Shown here one piece after another: positions 20,367 to 31,545 of a stretch of 64,000 bases of DNA. The notes beneath the pieces are model-generated. The model saw only the letters and a program-made list of their open reading frames with translations. It did not search any database and was not told the origin of the DNA. Where the stretch lies: NCBI GenBank assembly GCA_035559535.1, contig DATMBG010000058.1, positions 1-64,000 of the forward strand, read 5' to 3'. A program made the position numbers and the translations under genes. This stretch comes from Candidatus Limnocylindrales bacterium (GTDB taxonomy: Bacteria; Moduliflexota; Moduliflexia; Moduliflexales; JAUQPW01). The stretch's first letter is position 1, and the number at the start of each line of letters is the position of its first letter.

Positions 20367-23093
20367 TTACGAAACCAAATCTTTAAGCCTCTGCAAGTGC
20401 CCTTCTAGCTTTTTTCGGGTGGTTATCATCTCTTCCTGTCGCGCTTTTTCTTTATCAACCACATCAGGAGGTGCTTTACTTAAAAACTCTGGATTGGAAA
20501 GTCTTACCTCAATCCTATGGATCTCTTTCTCGATTTTATCAATCTCTTTATGAAGCCGATTTAATTCATCGGTTATATTGATCAAACCCTTAAGAGGTAG
20601 GAAGATCTCGACCCCGCCATAGATATCGGTTGCCGAAAATTCGGGTCTAACCAGTTCCTTGCCTATCTGGATATTTTCAGCCCTTGTAAGGGTAGACAGG
20701 TAAGATCGGTATTGATGGAGTAAGGACTCCACGTCCGGATTCTGCGTCCTCAGCAGAAGTTCTATTTTGGTCGCCGGGGGTAAATTAACTTCACTTCGGA
20801 TATTTCTCACCTTTGCAATGACACCCATCAATAGACCCATTTTCTGCTCGGCTTCTGGATCCTGGTAGTGGGATTCTACCGTGGGGAATGGGGCGATCAT
20901 GATACTTTCGGCCTCAGACCCATGGGGTAGCTTCTGCCAGATTTCTTCGGTAACAAAGGGCATAACGGGATGAAGAAGTCGTAAACTCGTCTCTAAAACT
21001 TTAGCTAAAACGTATTGGGCTGCCATTCGCCGACCAGATTTGGTCGGTTCATGAAGGGAAGGCTTGGCCAATTCAATGTACCAATCACAGAACTCATGCC
21101 AGATAAATTGATAAAGAATGTGGGCATACTCATTGAATTTATACTCTGTAAGGGCTTGATTTACCTCCCGAATAACCGATTGAAGTCGACTGAGGATCCA
21201 GCGATCGGCCAGGGAGTACTCCGGCCGGGGTTGGGAAATGGCTTCCATATCTCTGGGTTGTCCTGTCTCTTCGGTTTCATATTCCTTGGTCTTAACCTTC
21301 CCAGAGGAGGAATAATCCTTTAAATTCATCAAGACAAATCGGGAGGCGTTCCAGATTTTATTAACAAAGTTGCGGTAGCCTTCCGTACGCTCCTCAGAAA
21401 ATCGGATATCTCGACCTTGGGCGGCAAAAGCAGCCAGGGTAAATCGAAAAGCATCGGTTCCGTATTTATCCATCATCTGGAGAGGATCTATAACATTACC
21501 CTTTGACTTGCTCATTTTTTGTCCTTCTGCATCCCGAACCAGGGCATGGATATAAACATCCCGAAAGGGGACTTCGTGACAGAACTTGAGTCCCATCATA
21601 ATCATTCGGGCCACCCAGAAAAAGAGGATATCGAAGGCCGTCACCAGGACCGATGTAGGATAAAAAAGTTCCAATTCTCTGGTTTTATCGGGCCACCCTA
21701 GAGTAGAGAAAGGCCAGAGCGCGGAACTAAACCAGGTATCCAGAACATCAGTTTCCCTTACCAGGGACGAACTTCCGCATCGCCGGCACTGTGGAGGGGT
21801 TTCCCTGGCCACATTGATTTCCTGGCAATTTTGACAAAACCAGGCCGGGATTTGATGTCCCCACCAGATTTGGCGTGAAATGCACCAATCTTTAATATGG
21901 AACATCCAATCGTAGTAAGTTTTTTCCCAGACAGAAGGAATAATCCGAATACGCCCCTCCCGAACTGCTTCAATGGCTGGTTCGGCCAGCTCTTTCATTC
22001 TAACGAACCACTGGAAAGATAGATAAGGTTCCACCACCGTTTGACATCGATAACAGTGTCCGACGGCATGGGTATATTTCTCGGTTTGAATCAAATAACC
22101 TTCTGCATTCAGGTCTTTAAGGACATCCTCACGGGCGGCAAATCGATCCAATCCCTGGTATTTTCCTGCCTCCCGGGTCATCTTCCCGTCTTCATCGATG
22201 ACGACCACTCGAGGGAGATTATGGGTCAGTCCGATTTCAAAATCCACCGGATCGTGAGCCGGGGTTATTTTTAAAGCGCCTGTTCCAAACTCCTTATCCA
22301 CACGGGGATCCGCGATAATGGGGAGCTCTCGATTCATCAAAGGTAATAGAACTTTTTTCCCGATAAAAGCCTGATAGCGCTCATCGGTGGGATTTATAGC
22401 CACAGCCGTATCCCCCAGCATAGTTTCCGGACGTGTCGTGGCAATGGTTAATCCACCCGACTCTCCAACCAGGGGATAGCGGATATAATACAACTTTCCC
22501 TCAACCTCTTTATGCTCCACTTCCAGATCCGAAAGGGCAGTCTTACAGCGTGGACACCAGTTGATAATATAATTACCACGATAAATAAGACCTTCCTCGT
22601 AGAGTCGGACAAAGACTTCTCGGACGGCCCGAGATAATCCTTCATCCATGGTAAAGCGTTCACGGCTCCAATCGCATGAAGCCCCGAGTCGCTTTAATTG
22701 ACGTACAATAGTTCCTCCAGATTCTTTTCGCCACCGCCAGACTCGCTCTATAAATTTCTCCCGGCCCAGATCATATCGGCTTTTTCCTTCTGCCGCCAGT
22801 TGTCTTTCCACCACATTTTGGGTTGCAATTCCCGCATGATCCGTTCCCACTACCCACAGGGTATTATACCCCGACATTCGTTTCCATCGAATCAAAATAT
22901 CCTGAAGGGTATTGTTTAGGGCATGTCCCATATGGAGGGATCCTGTGACGTTGGGTGGGGGAATCACAATACTGTAGGGTGGCTTTGAAGCATTTAAATC
23001 GGGACTAAAAAAATTTTTTTCAGACCAAAAGGCGTACCATTTTTCTTCCACCCCTTTCGGTTCATACGTTTTGGGTAATTCACCAACCTGCAT
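20367..23093 (-). CDS. valS: Valine--tRNA ligase
   Basis: [20 protein letters not shown]-terminal coiled-coil arm. Confidence 0.98.
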   Translation of the reverse strand: MQVGELPKTYEPKGVEEKWYAFWSEKNFFSPDLNASKPPYSIVIPPPNVTGSLHMGHALNNTLQDILIRWKRMSGYNTLWVVGTDHAGIATQNVVERQLAAEGKSRYDLGREKFIERVWRWRKESGGTIVRQLKRLGASCDWSRERFTMDEGLSRAVREVFVRLYEEGLIYRGNYIINWCPRCKTALSDLEVEHKEVEGKLYYIRYPLVGESGGLTIATTRPETMLGDTAVAINPTDERYQAFIGKKVLLPLMNRELPIIADPRVDKEFGTGALKITPAHDPVDFEIGLTHNLPRVVVIDEDGKMTREAGKYQGLDRFAAREDVLKDLNAEGYLIQTEKYTHAVGHCYRCQTVVEPYLSFQWFVRMKELAEPAIEAVREGRIRIIPSVWEKTYYDWMFHIKDWCISRQIWWGHQIPAWFCQNCQEINVARETPPQCRRCGSSSLVRETDVLDTWFSSALWPFSTLGWPDKTRELELFYPTSVLVTAFDILFFWVARMIMMGLKFCHEVPFRDVYIHALVRDAEGQKMSKSKGNVIDPLQMMDKYGTDAFRFTLAAFAAQGRDIRFSEERTEGYRNFVNKIWNASRFVLMNLKDYSSSGKVKTKEYETEETGQPRDMEAISQPRPEYSLADRWILSRLQSVIREVNQALTEYKFNEYAHILYQFIWHEFCDWYIELAKPSLHEPTKSGRRMAAQYVLAKVLETSLRLLHPVMPFVTEEIWQKLPHGSEAESIMIAPFPTVESHYQDPEAEQKMGLLMGVIAKVRNIRSEVNLPPATKIELLLRTQNPDVESLLHQYRSYLSTLTRAENIQIGKELVRPEFSATDIYGGVEIFLPLKGLINITDELNRLHKEIDKIEKEIHRIEVRLSNPEFLSKAPPDVVDKEKARQEEMITTRKKLEGHLQRLKDLVS

Positions 23094-23094
23094 A

Positions 23095-24234
23095 TTACTT
23101 TTTCCTTTCCAATTCAGGAAGAATCTCCTCCACAAGCTTTTGACTCAGATTACGAATCACATGTTCAAAAATAGGTAGTCTAATAAGATAATTCGCCAAT
23201 TCCTGGCTAAGGAGAGGAAGTAATTTCCCGGCCACTTTTTCGGCAATTTGATCTGCTATGGCATCCATCCTTTCAGCTGAAAGGGCCATAGAAGGTTTTT
23301 GCGGTTCAGGGGTCGTCACTTCCTCAACAATTGATTTTTCCTGGAGTCCTTTCCCCTCTGGAACAACCTCTTCTACAGGTTCTTCTTCTAAAAATTCCTC
23401 AATCTGGGGCTCCTCTTCCTGGAACTCTTCTGAAACAACCGCTTCCTCTTCTACAAGTTCTTCCTCCGCTTCTTCCTCTGCAATCCCTTCCTCCGGCAGA
23501 ACCTCCTCAAGGATTTCTTCTTCTAAAGCCTGCTCAGTCCCCGGCTCATCAAACTCGAGGTCCTCTTCCACAGCAGCGGGTTCCTGAATAACTTCAGAAG
23601 TTGCCTTACCAACCGGTTGAGCCTGTTCTGCTTCGGCCTCTTCCAGCCTGAACTCTTCCTCCAGTACTTCTAGATCTTCTTCGGCAAATTCTTCCTCAAA
23701 CTTGGGCTCATAAATTTCCCTTCTTACTTCTTTTATAGTTAACTCTTCTTCGTCCCTGGAAGCAAGTCCTTTTTCTTTAGAAGATTGCTTAGAAATATCT
23801 GTAGGTGCTTTGGTTTTAGTGCCCTGGGGCTTCGAAGCGATTACTTCAGGGGCACTTTTGGATTTACGAGCCAGCAGTAATTCCTTAACCTTTGAAACCA
23901 ATATTTGAGGTTTACAGGGTTTATTAAGAATGGCATCGGCTCCAGATTGTTTACCCTTTTTCTCGTCGAAGTCTTCGAAGGTTCCTGCTAAAAGTACAAT
24001 GGGTAAATTACCGAATTCCTTTGTTTGTTTAAGGGTTTTACAAACTTGGTAACCATCCAGGCCCGGCATAATGGCGTCGATAAGAGCAATATCCGGCTTT
24101 TTCTGCCGTACATGATCCAGTGCGTCTGCCCCAGACCCTACGGTCACAACTTTAAAGCCCTCTTTGGTCAATGCCATTTCGCAAAGCCGTTGGGTAGCAA
24201 TGCTATCGTCTGCAACTAAAACGGTTTCATTCAT
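23095..24234 (-). CDS. RomR-like response regulator (receiver, Glu-rich linker, C-terminal helix)
   Basis: Receiver ([15 protein letters not shown]); long acidic linker; C-terminal [13 protein letters not shown]; lies between cheW and valS. Confidence 0.75.
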   Translation of the reverse strand: MNETVLVADDSIATQRLCEMALTKEGFKVVTVGSGADALDHVRQKKPDIALIDAIMPGLDGYQVCKTLKQTKEFGNLPIVLLAGTFEDFDEKKGKQSGADAILNKPCKPQILVSKVKELLLARKSKSAPEVIASKPQGTKTKAPTDISKQSSKEKGLASRDEEELTIKEVRREIYEPKFEEEFAEEDLEVLEEEFRLEEAEAEQAQPVGKATSEVIQEPAAVEEDLEFDEPGTEQALEEEILEEVLPEEGIAEEEAEEELVEEEAVVSEEFQEEEPQIEEFLEEEPVEEVVPEGKGLQEKSIVEEVTTPEPQKPSMALSAERMDAIADQIAEKVAGKLLPLLSQELANYLIRLPIFEHVIRNLSQKLVEEILPELERKK

Positions 24235-24380
24235 GAGTGGTTAGTTGTCTGTTGTCTATTGTCCGTTGTTCTTTGTTAAAAAATAGAAAAGACCCAGAAA
24301 TAGATTTTTGTTTTAATTTCTTCGAGTTCTGTGTATCTCCGGGCAAAACAAACAATGGACAACAGGCAACAGGCAAAAAA

Positions 24381-24836
24381 CTACGCTTTTAGAACTTCCA
24401 GCTCATTATCGTCAATTAAATTTTTCTCGTTCAGGACGATTACCAAGTCATCATGAATTTTTGCAATCCCTTCAAAATATCTATCTTCCAGGGTAGAAGC
24501 CATCTTTGGATAGGGATAAAGCTTTTTTGGAACTGCAACGCCTCCTATCCGATCCACCCGTAACCCCATCAACTGCCCCTGAATCTCGAGAATAAGTATA
24601 TTTCCCTGGTTAGACGCAGAGATTTCTCCGGAGGGAAGTTCCAGTCCAAACAAGTCTGTTAAATCTATAATAAAAATTTCTTTACCTCGATACCATCCTT
24701 TTCCTCGGAGGATAGGTATGGGAAAATAACTTTTCTCATAAGGTCCAGCGGTCACAACTTCGATAACAGAGCCCATACTAATGGCAAATTTATCTTGCCT
24801 TATATCAAAATACAGAAGATTCCGAGAAATTTCCAT
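24381..24836 (-). CDS. cheW: CheW-like coupling protein
   Basis: FAISMGSVIEV, G.YRGK.I.IIDL, GLRVDRIGG. Confidence 0.85.
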   Translation of the reverse strand: MEISRNLLYFDIRQDKFAISMGSVIEVVTAGPYEKSYFPIPILRGKGWYRGKEIFIIDLTDLFGLELPSGEISASNQGNILILEIQGQLMGLRVDRIGGVAVPKKLYPYPKMASTLEDRYFEGIAKIHDDLVIVLNEKNLIDDNELEVLKA

Positions 24837-25905
24837 GCCTTACAAGGTCCATCAAGCGTCTGGCAATCAAAGGAAGGGGAACAATGTAATCCACCCCTCC
24901 CAACTCAATAGCCGCCTTCGGCATTCCAAAAACTGTACAGGTTTGCTCATCTTGAACCAGGGTCTTTCCCTGGGCCTGCTTGACCTTATAAAGTCCCTGG
25001 GCCCCGTCAGAGCCCATACCGGTTAGAAGGACGGCAACAGCCTTCTTCCCATATACTTCAGATACAGAGCTCATAAGTACATCTACCGAAGGCCTATAAC
25101 CATTCACTTTTTCGCCCCGACTTAATCGGATGATCCCGGTAGAGGTTACCTTCATATGATGGGACCCTGGAGCAATATACACCATACCTGTCTTGATTTT
25201 ATCCCCATCCTGGGCTTCTACCACTTTTAAGGCCGTCCTCTGGTCTAATTGCTTAGCCAGTTCTTTGGTAAACTTTTCGGGCATATGCTGAACAATCAAG
25301 ATAGGACAGGGAAAATAAATGGGCAATTCACTTAAAATTACATTTAGGGCCTGAGGACCCCCTGTGGAGGAACCTATGGCCACGACAGATACACCCTCCG
25401 TGGGGGAGGTTGTGAATAATTTTGAGATATACATGGGGTTCAATTGTAAGGCGCGTGTCGAACCCTTCGGGGAGCGGACGGATTTACTCACCGTACGAAC
25501 AACTTTAATCTTAGAAGCCGTTTTTACCTTGGCAATAATCTCTTCCCGTAAACTTTCAATATCCAGAGAGATATCTCCAGAGGGTTTGGCTATAAAATCA
25601 ACCGCGCCTAATTCCAGTGCCTTTAAAGTCACTTCGGCTCCATATTGAGTGACAGAACTGATCATAACAATGGGAGTGGGATAAGATTTCATAATATGTT
25701 CAACGGCCAAAATCCCATTCATTTTAGGCATGTTCACATCCATCGTAATAACATGGGGACGAAAAGAGGCTACTTTTTCAATAGCTTCAATCCCGTTGGC
25801 TGCCGTCTCGATCACTTCCAGTTCTTCATCTTGTTGAATGATATCCGAGAGTATCTTCCGCATGACCCCTGAATCATCTACAACGAGCACTCTAATTTTT
25901 TTCAT
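24805..25905 (-). CDS. cheB: Chemotaxis response regulator protein-glutamate methylesterase
   Basis: Receiver plus GSSTGGP, VQHMP, RPSVDVL, LTGMGSDG. Confidence 0.96.
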   Translation of the reverse strand: MKKIRVLVVDDSGVMRKILSDIIQQDEELEVIETAANGIEAIEKVASFRPHVITMDVNMPKMNGILAVEHIMKSYPTPIVMISSVTQYGAEVTLKALELGAVDFIAKPSGDISLDIESLREEIIAKVKTASKIKVVRTVSKSVRSPKGSTRALQLNPMYISKLFTTSPTEGVSVVAIGSSTGGPQALNVILSELPIYFPCPILIVQHMPEKFTKELAKQLDQRTALKVVEAQDGDKIKTGMVYIAPGSHHMKVTSTGIIRLSRGEKVNGYRPSVDVLMSSVSEVYGKKAVAVLLTGMGSDGAQGLYKVKQAQGKTLVQDEQTCTVFGMPKAAIELGGVDYIVPLPLIARRLMDLVRHGNFSESSVF

Positions 25906-25934
25906 AGGATCCTTCACTTGTTCTAGCAGACATT

Positions 25935-28505
25935 CTACCGGGAGAGAGTAACCGGGGATTGGAGAAGCTTTTGAACGCTCTCCAGTAATTTCCTGTCATC
26001 AAAAGGTTTAACCAGATAATCATTAGCTCCCAGGGCGATAGCTTTCTGATAGTGTTTTTCTCCGGCTCGGGAGGTCAAAACGATAATGGGAAGGTCTTGG
26101 AGCTCGGGTTTACTACGAACCTTTGCAATAAGCTCATAGCCATGCATTTTGGGCATCTCCAGATCGGTAATCAGTAAGTCGAACCGATGGGGCGAATTTA
26201 ATTTGTTCCAGGCTTCCAGACCATCATGGGCTACCTGAACGGTATATCCTGCTTGATTTAAGAAATGGCTGACCACCTTTCGAATGCTGATAGAATCATC
26301 GGCAATCAACACTTCAGGAATATGTTCATGGGAATCGGGCAGTACTTCCTCGTGTTCTTCGATTTCCCCTTTACCTTCTTTTATTTCTGGCTCATTACCC
26401 ACGATCCAGGGTCTGGCCTCTTCGGCTTGCCCTGCTACGGTTTCCAGGATATAAGAAGCATCTAGGATTAATCGAACGGCTCCTTCTCCAGAAATCGTGG
26501 CCCCAGAGAACATGCGAGCCCTTTTAAGATAATCTCCTAAAGGTTTGATGACGATCAGTTGTTGACCGATCAGCTCATCTACTTTTACAGCAATTTTTCT
26601 TTCCACAGAACCCAGGATAATCACCGGCAGATAAGGTGATTTGGAAGACCCTTCCGGAAGGGGGGGTTCTACTTCTGAAAGTTGGAGAAGTTTATTTAGC
26701 CGGATAAAGGTTAAAATTTGATCCCTTATTCGAATGACCTCCTGGCCTGTAACCACATGGATTTGGTTGGGAGTGACGCGAAGCGTTTCTTCCACGGAAT
26801 TGAGAGGGATCGCAAATTCTTGGCCACCCACCCGGACTAAAAGGGCCTGATAAATAATCAGGGTCAGGGGTAGCTTGATCACAAAGAGGGTTCCCTTTCC
26901 CGGCTCCGATTTAATATCTATAGAACCTCCCAGCTTGGTAAGATTCGTTTTCACCACATCCATCCCAACCCCTCTTCCGGATACACTGGTTACTTTCTCC
27001 TTGGTAGAAAATCCTGGAAGAAATATAAGTTGATAGGTCTCTGGATCACTTAATCGATCTACTTCTGCTTGAGATTTTATACCTTTTTTTACAGCCGTTT
27101 CTCGTAGCTTTTGGGGGTTCATCCCTGCGCCATCATCACGAATTTCAATGATAATCTGACTCCCCTGTTGATAAGCATTTAAAGAAATAGTTCCTACTCT
27201 AGGCTTACCCAATTTCTCCCGTACATCCGGGGGTTCAATTCCATGGGAAACTGCATTTCGAACCAGGTGCATGAGAGGATCTGCCATTTCTTCGATCACG
27301 GTTTTATCTAATCGGGTCTCTTCCCCTGCAGTAATAAGTACCACTTCTTTTCCCTCTTCCTTGGATACATCCCGGACCGGTCTGTGAAATCGATTAAAAA
27401 GATTGCTCACCGGAACCATTCGAATATTGGTAAGTCCTTCTTGTAGCTGCTCGGTGGTACTGCGGACCTGGGAAGATTCTACCTCAAAGGCTTCAAAAAA
27501 ATTATTGAGCTGGTCAATAATTTCTGAAATATCGGAACCTATCTCGATCAAACTTCGAGATAAGATATTAAAATCATCATACTTATCAAACTCTAGTTCA
27601 GAAAACCCATTTAACAGGTCTTCTGGATGGGGGGAGGTGGGGAGGTGGGGGCTGAGAGATGGGGGGGAATGTCTCTGTGTCTCCGCGTCTCCATGTCTCC
27701 GCGTCTCCGTGTCTCCGCGTCTCCATGTCTCCGCGTCTCCATTTGGGTCCCTGAACAGGCTATATTCATATTTTTCTTTGAAATCCCGTATTACTTTAAG
27801 TAATTTCGCCTTACTGAAATTGAGTTCTGTACTCACCTTATTGAGGTAGCTAATGTGCTGATCGAGCCGGTTCTGATTAATCACCAGGGCCCCCACCAGG
27901 TTCATCAGTTTATTCAGGTCATTGATATTGACCTTAGCAAATTGTTTCTCGCTGGGTGCGACCAGGGATTTGGACGTTGGGGCAGATTTCGAATCTGTTT
28001 GGGTTTTTAGCTCGGAGGGGGGAATTTCTACTTTTAGCTCCGGCTTTGAGGTTTGTACTTTTTTAACAAAGGTGGAGGGTTTTACCTCAACAGGGGTACC
28101 GGTACCGAGATCCGATTCCAAAAATTCCCGATACTGGTCTTCAAACATAGGAATCAAGGAATCATCCTCTCCGGTTCCATTTGAGATATTCTCCACCTGA
28201 CTTGCCAGGGCATCAATGGATTGTAGAAGTAGCGTAATGACCGGCTCCGTAGGTTTGATCTCCTGGCTTCGAATCTTCCCTAACAGGTCCTCCATCTTGT
28301 GAGCCAGCTTACTGACCACATTAAATCCCAGCATTGCGGCAGATCCTTTAATGGTGTGGGCGGATCGGAAGATCTCATCCACAATGCCTATATTTTCACT
28401 GTTTGCCTCCAGGGCCAGAAGTCCATCATTGATTACCTGGATGTGTTCTCCAGCTTCAACCAAAAATATCTCGGCTATCTCGGATTTGTTAAGTCCTTGG
28501 GTCAT
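25935..28505 (-). CDS. cheA: Hybrid CheA/ChpA-type histidine kinase (Hpt-dimer-HATPase-CheW-REC)
   Basis: FRSAHTIKG, HLVRNAVSHG, DDGAG, GFST, SGRGVGMDVV, C-terminal receiver; LEFDKYDD motif typical of Tfp-class CheA. Confidence 0.95.
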   Translation of the reverse strand: MTQGLNKSEIAEIFLVEAGEHIQVINDGLLALEANSENIGIVDEIFRSAHTIKGSAAMLGFNVVSKLAHKMEDLLGKIRSQEIKPTEPVITLLLQSIDALASQVENISNGTGEDDSLIPMFEDQYREFLESDLGTGTPVEVKPSTFVKKVQTSKPELKVEIPPSELKTQTDSKSAPTSKSLVAPSEKQFAKVNINDLNKLMNLVGALVINQNRLDQHISYLNKVSTELNFSKAKLLKVIRDFKEKYEYSLFRDPNGDAETWRRGDTETRRHGDAETQRHSPPSLSPHLPTSPHPEDLLNGFSELEFDKYDDFNILSRSLIEIGSDISEIIDQLNNFFEAFEVESSQVRSTTEQLQEGLTNIRMVPVSNLFNRFHRPVRDVSKEEGKEVVLITAGEETRLDKTVIEEMADPLMHLVRNAVSHGIEPPDVREKLGKPRVGTISLNAYQQGSQIIIEIRDDGAGMNPQKLRETAVKKGIKSQAEVDRLSDPETYQLIFLPGFSTKEKVTSVSGRGVGMDVVKTNLTKLGGSIDIKSEPGKGTLFVIKLPLTLIIYQALLVRVGGQEFAIPLNSVEETLRVTPNQIHVVTGQEVIRIRDQILTFIRLNKLLQLSEVEPPLPEGSSKSPYLPVIILGSVERKIAVKVDELIGQQLIVIKPLGDYLKRARMFSGATISGEGAVRLILDASYILETVAGQAEEARPWIVGNEPEIKEGKGEIEEHEEVLPDSHEHIPEVLIADDSISIRKVVSHFLNQAGYTVQVAHDGLEAWNKLNSPHRFDLLITDLEMPKMHGYELIAKVRSKPELQDLPIIVLTSRAGEKHYQKAIALGANDYLVKPFDDRKLLESVQKLLQSPVTLSR
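27671..27742. repeat. Nine tandem octamers (GTCTCCRY) inside cheA
   Basis: gtctctgt gtctccgc gtctccat gtctccgc gtctccgt gtctccgc gtctccat gtctccgc gtctccat = 72 nt. Confidence 0.95.
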
Positions 28506-28565
28506 TCTTCAATTCTCCCTGAACCCTGATTAATTCTTCGGTACCAGTCCATGATTCAAGGCTAA

Positions 28566-30488
28566 TCAGATTCCGAAATCCTTATCGGTAATGAGATCTT
28601 CATCATCAGAATCTTCTCCAAATCCTTCATCCTCTTCGGCAAGGGAGGTAGTGGAGGAGGAGACTATCTTTTCCCTGGATGCCCGGGGAAGGAATCGAGG
28701 ATCTCTTTCACGGAGTTTAAATCTCCCAATCGCTTCGGTAAGGCGGTCCGATAAGGTTGCCAGTTGTTTAATGGTCTCGGTGGTTTGTCTGACAAATTCC
28801 ACGTGTTGGGCGGTGATATCAGAAATGCTCTCCATGGATTTAACGACCCCTTCGGTTCCACGAACCTGTTGTTTTGCGGCGAGGGAAATTTCATGGATAA
28901 GGTCCGCCACCTGTCCGACAATTTTGTCGATTTCCTTAAGGGAGGCACCTGCAATATCGGCCAGGCGGGTTCCTTCTTCCACTTCCCGGGTACCCTCTTC
29001 CATGGCCCGGACTGCTTCGGTAGTCTCGGCCTGAATTCCTTTAATGAGTTCTGCGATATTTTCCGTGGCTTTACTGGATCGTTCGGCCAATTTTCGCACT
29101 TCTTCAGCTACCACCGCAAACCCTCGTCCATGTTCACCTGCTCGAGCTGCTTCGATGGCAGCATTAAGGGCCAGGAGGTTGGTTTGAGAGGCAATATCAT
29201 CGATAACTTCTACAATTTCACCAATCTCCAGGGATCGATCTCCTAAACTTTTAATCTTCTTACTGGTCACCTGAACGGTATTTCTAATGCGATGCATCCC
29301 CTTGATGGTTTCTGCTACGGATTTCTCACCCTTCTGAGCTGCTTCGGTAGCCCTTTGAGACGCCTGGCTGGCCGCTTCGGCGTTATTAGAAACCTGCTGC
29401 ATGGAAATAGAAATCTCATCGACCGCACTGGAAGTATTGTTAATATGAACCCGTTGTTCTTCAGCTCCTTTTAACATATGGGGGACAGCGGCTAAAATCT
29501 GTGTGGTAGCAGAACCGATATCTCCTGCAGCATCTCGAACCTGCTCTACCAGAGACGCTAAACCCGTAATCATCAAATTAAACGCGTCGGCCAAAGAACC
29601 CAGAACATCGGCAGTTACCTCTGCTTCTTTTGTTAAATCTCCCTGAGCAGCGGCGGCGACAATATTAAGCATGTTTAAGATGTGGGATTGAATGGTATTC
29701 ATGGCTTCCTCGGCTCGTGCTCCAGCCTGCTTCTGTTGTTGAATATGATCCATCATCTCATTCAGTGCATGACCCAATAGGCCAATTTCGTTCATGGCGG
29801 TAATTTCTGCCTTTTGCCCCAAATTCCCTTTCTTTACTCGATTAGCTAAATCTAACAATTCCCGAACAGGATTTAGAACCTGTGAGAGCGTGATATAACG
29901 CATAAAGAAGATGCCGAGAATTATCATGACCAGAGCGACTAACGCGAATTTCAAAATCTTGGAGTAAAGATAATTTTGTACCTCTGTTCTCACCCCCACG
30001 TGAAGCTCTGCTTTTTGTTCCGGTATAACTCTAACTCCTGCATCGATAACTTCTTGTTCTGTACCATCCAATTTAACAAAAAACCTCCGGTAACTGATCG
30101 CCTGGTCCTTAGAAAGTGGATTGGGAGTTACACTGACCAAAGAGGAGGCTCTGGCCACTACGTTTCCACCGGCATCCCGGACATAGATATAGACGATTTC
30201 GGGTTCCAGGGTTTTCATCAGCTCCAACTCTTTCTGCACGCCTGCATAATCTCCTCGAGCGAAGTTCCCAGAAATATGAGCCGCAAGTACTCTGGCTACT
30301 GCACCTGCCTTTGTCTGTAGTTCTTTATCCAGGAAATTTTCCTGATTAAAGTTTAAAATGAAATACCCCATAAGGCCAAAAACAATAAGTAAAAGAATAC
30401 TTCCCCCAATAAATTTGGTTCCCAGCCGGTGAATAACTGGAAGGTTATCCAGGGAAACTTCCCCTGGTTTTGCTTGATCTTTCAGCAT
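28566..30488 (-). CDS. Methyl-accepting chemotaxis protein (PilJ-like)
   Basis: Two TMs, HAMP domains, QTNLLALNAAIEAARAGEHGRGFAVVAEEVRKLAE. Confidence 0.95.
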   Translation of the reverse strand: MLKDQAKPGEVSLDNLPVIHRLGTKFIGGSILLLIVFGLMGYFILNFNQENFLDKELQTKAGAVARVLAAHISGNFARGDYAGVQKELELMKTLEPEIVYIYVRDAGGNVVARASSLVSVTPNPLSKDQAISYRRFFVKLDGTEQEVIDAGVRVIPEQKAELHVGVRTEVQNYLYSKILKFALVALVMIILGIFFMRYITLSQVLNPVRELLDLANRVKKGNLGQKAEITAMNEIGLLGHALNEMMDHIQQQKQAGARAEEAMNTIQSHILNMLNIVAAAAQGDLTKEAEVTADVLGSLADAFNLMITGLASLVEQVRDAAGDIGSATTQILAAVPHMLKGAEEQRVHINNTSSAVDEISISMQQVSNNAEAASQASQRATEAAQKGEKSVAETIKGMHRIRNTVQVTSKKIKSLGDRSLEIGEIVEVIDDIASQTNLLALNAAIEAARAGEHGRGFAVVAEEVRKLAERSSKATENIAELIKGIQAETTEAVRAMEEGTREVEEGTRLADIAGASLKEIDKIVGQVADLIHEISLAAKQQVRGTEGVVKSMESISDITAQHVEFVRQTTETIKQLATLSDRLTEAIGRFKLRERDPRFLPRASREKIVSSSTTSLAEEDEGFGEDSDDEDLITDKDFGI

Positions 30489-30602
30489 CTTTTTTTGTCC
30501 GTTATCCGTTGTCCATAGTCCGCAGTTTACTTTCCTAGATAACGAACAGAGGACAACAGGCAAAGGACAATGGACAGAAGACAAACTACAGACATAAAGC
30601 GG

Positions 30603-31103
30603 TTATAACTGAATTTTTTCATAAATCTTATCAAAATCTAAAAGAACGAGAAAATCATCTTGAAATTGAATAACTTCCGATACAAATTGAAGATTGGATA
30701 CCGGATTTTGGATATAGGAAGGTTCGATAATATTTTTTTCAAGATGGTAAACTCCTAAAACCGCATCCACTCTAAAGCCAATTCGGTTTCCTGCGAGGTT
30801 CACAATCAGAATCCGATTTTCTTTACTGACCTCTTTTAAGCTAAGTCCTAAAACTTCTCGAATATCGACTACAGGGATAATATCTCCTCTCAGGTTAATA
30901 ACCCCCAATAAAAAAGAAGGCGTGGTCGGCACCGGGGTTATATCTATCATTTTTATAATTTCCTGAACCTTCAGGGCATAAATACCGAAAGGGGTACCTC
31001 CTAATTTAAACAGGCATACCTGGATGGTTTCAAGCGTTTGTTCGGATTCCGGAGCCTTTTCTCCTTCCTGGGAAATTTCTACTTGTTTAAGTGGATCGGG
31101 CAT
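30603..31103 (-). CDS. cheW: CheW coupling protein (PilI-like)
   Basis: TPVP.TPSFLLGVINLRGDIIPVVD, GFRVDAV. Confidence 0.93.
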   Translation of the reverse strand: MPDPLKQVEISQEGEKAPESEQTLETIQVCLFKLGGTPFGIYALKVQEIIKMIDITPVPTTPSFLLGVINLRGDIIPVVDIREVLGLSLKEVSKENRILIVNLAGNRIGFRVDAVLGVYHLEKNIIEPSYIQNPVSNLQFVSEVIQFQDDFLVLLDFDKIYEKIQL

Positions 31104-31165
31104 GGGAGTGGGCGAATGGGCAATGGACCGTAGCTGGTTTGACCTGGCTCGCTACGCATCGTCCA

Positions 31166-31531
31166 CTATGTCTTCAAATACTTTTTCACAATAGCCAGTA
31201 AATCCTCAGGATTGTAGGGTTTTACCAGATAATCGGACGCGCCTTGCTGTTTACCCCAGACTTTATCAAAATCTTTATCCTTAGAAGATACGAGAATAAT
31301 AGGCGTATTTTTAAACTGGGGGTCATTTCTCAATTCCCGGCAAACCTGAAATCCATTTTTCTTAGGCATAACCACATCCATAAGTATCAATTGAGGTTTA
31401 ATAGCCCTGGCTTTTTCAATCCCATCCTCCCCATCTTTGGCAATAGCTAAAGTATGTGGAGTAGATTGTAAAACGCGTTTCATGATCTCTATCTCAACCA
31501 GACTGTCCTCAATGATGAGAATCCGTCCCAT
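31166..31531 (-). CDS. Single-domain response regulator (PilH-like)
   Basis: IIEDS, MDVVMP, NGFQVCR, DKVWG..QGA.DYLVKP. Confidence 0.9.
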   Translation of the reverse strand: MGRILIIEDSLVEIEIMKRVLQSTPHTLAIAKDGEDGIEKARAIKPQLILMDVVMPKKNGFQVCRELRNDPQFKNTPIILVSSKDKDFDKVWGKQQGASDYLVKPYNPEDLLAIVKKYLKT

Positions 31532-31545
31532 AAAACCTCCTACTT

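Noticed and set aside
27671..27742. Possible CRISPR array (also 54322-54515 and 19317-19420)
   Set aside because: Units are 8 nt and contiguous with no spacers; no cas genes in the window
28591..29246. Long antisense ORFs within the MCP (and within cheA, the PQQ dehydrogenase gene and sat)
   Set aside because: Shadows of well-supported genes on the opposite strand
30489..30584. N-terminal extensions of ORF-track calls (MCP; similarly valS, birA, the AlkP gene and the STAND gene)
   Set aside because: They translate intergenic repeats or overlap the upstream gene; downstream ATGs fit better
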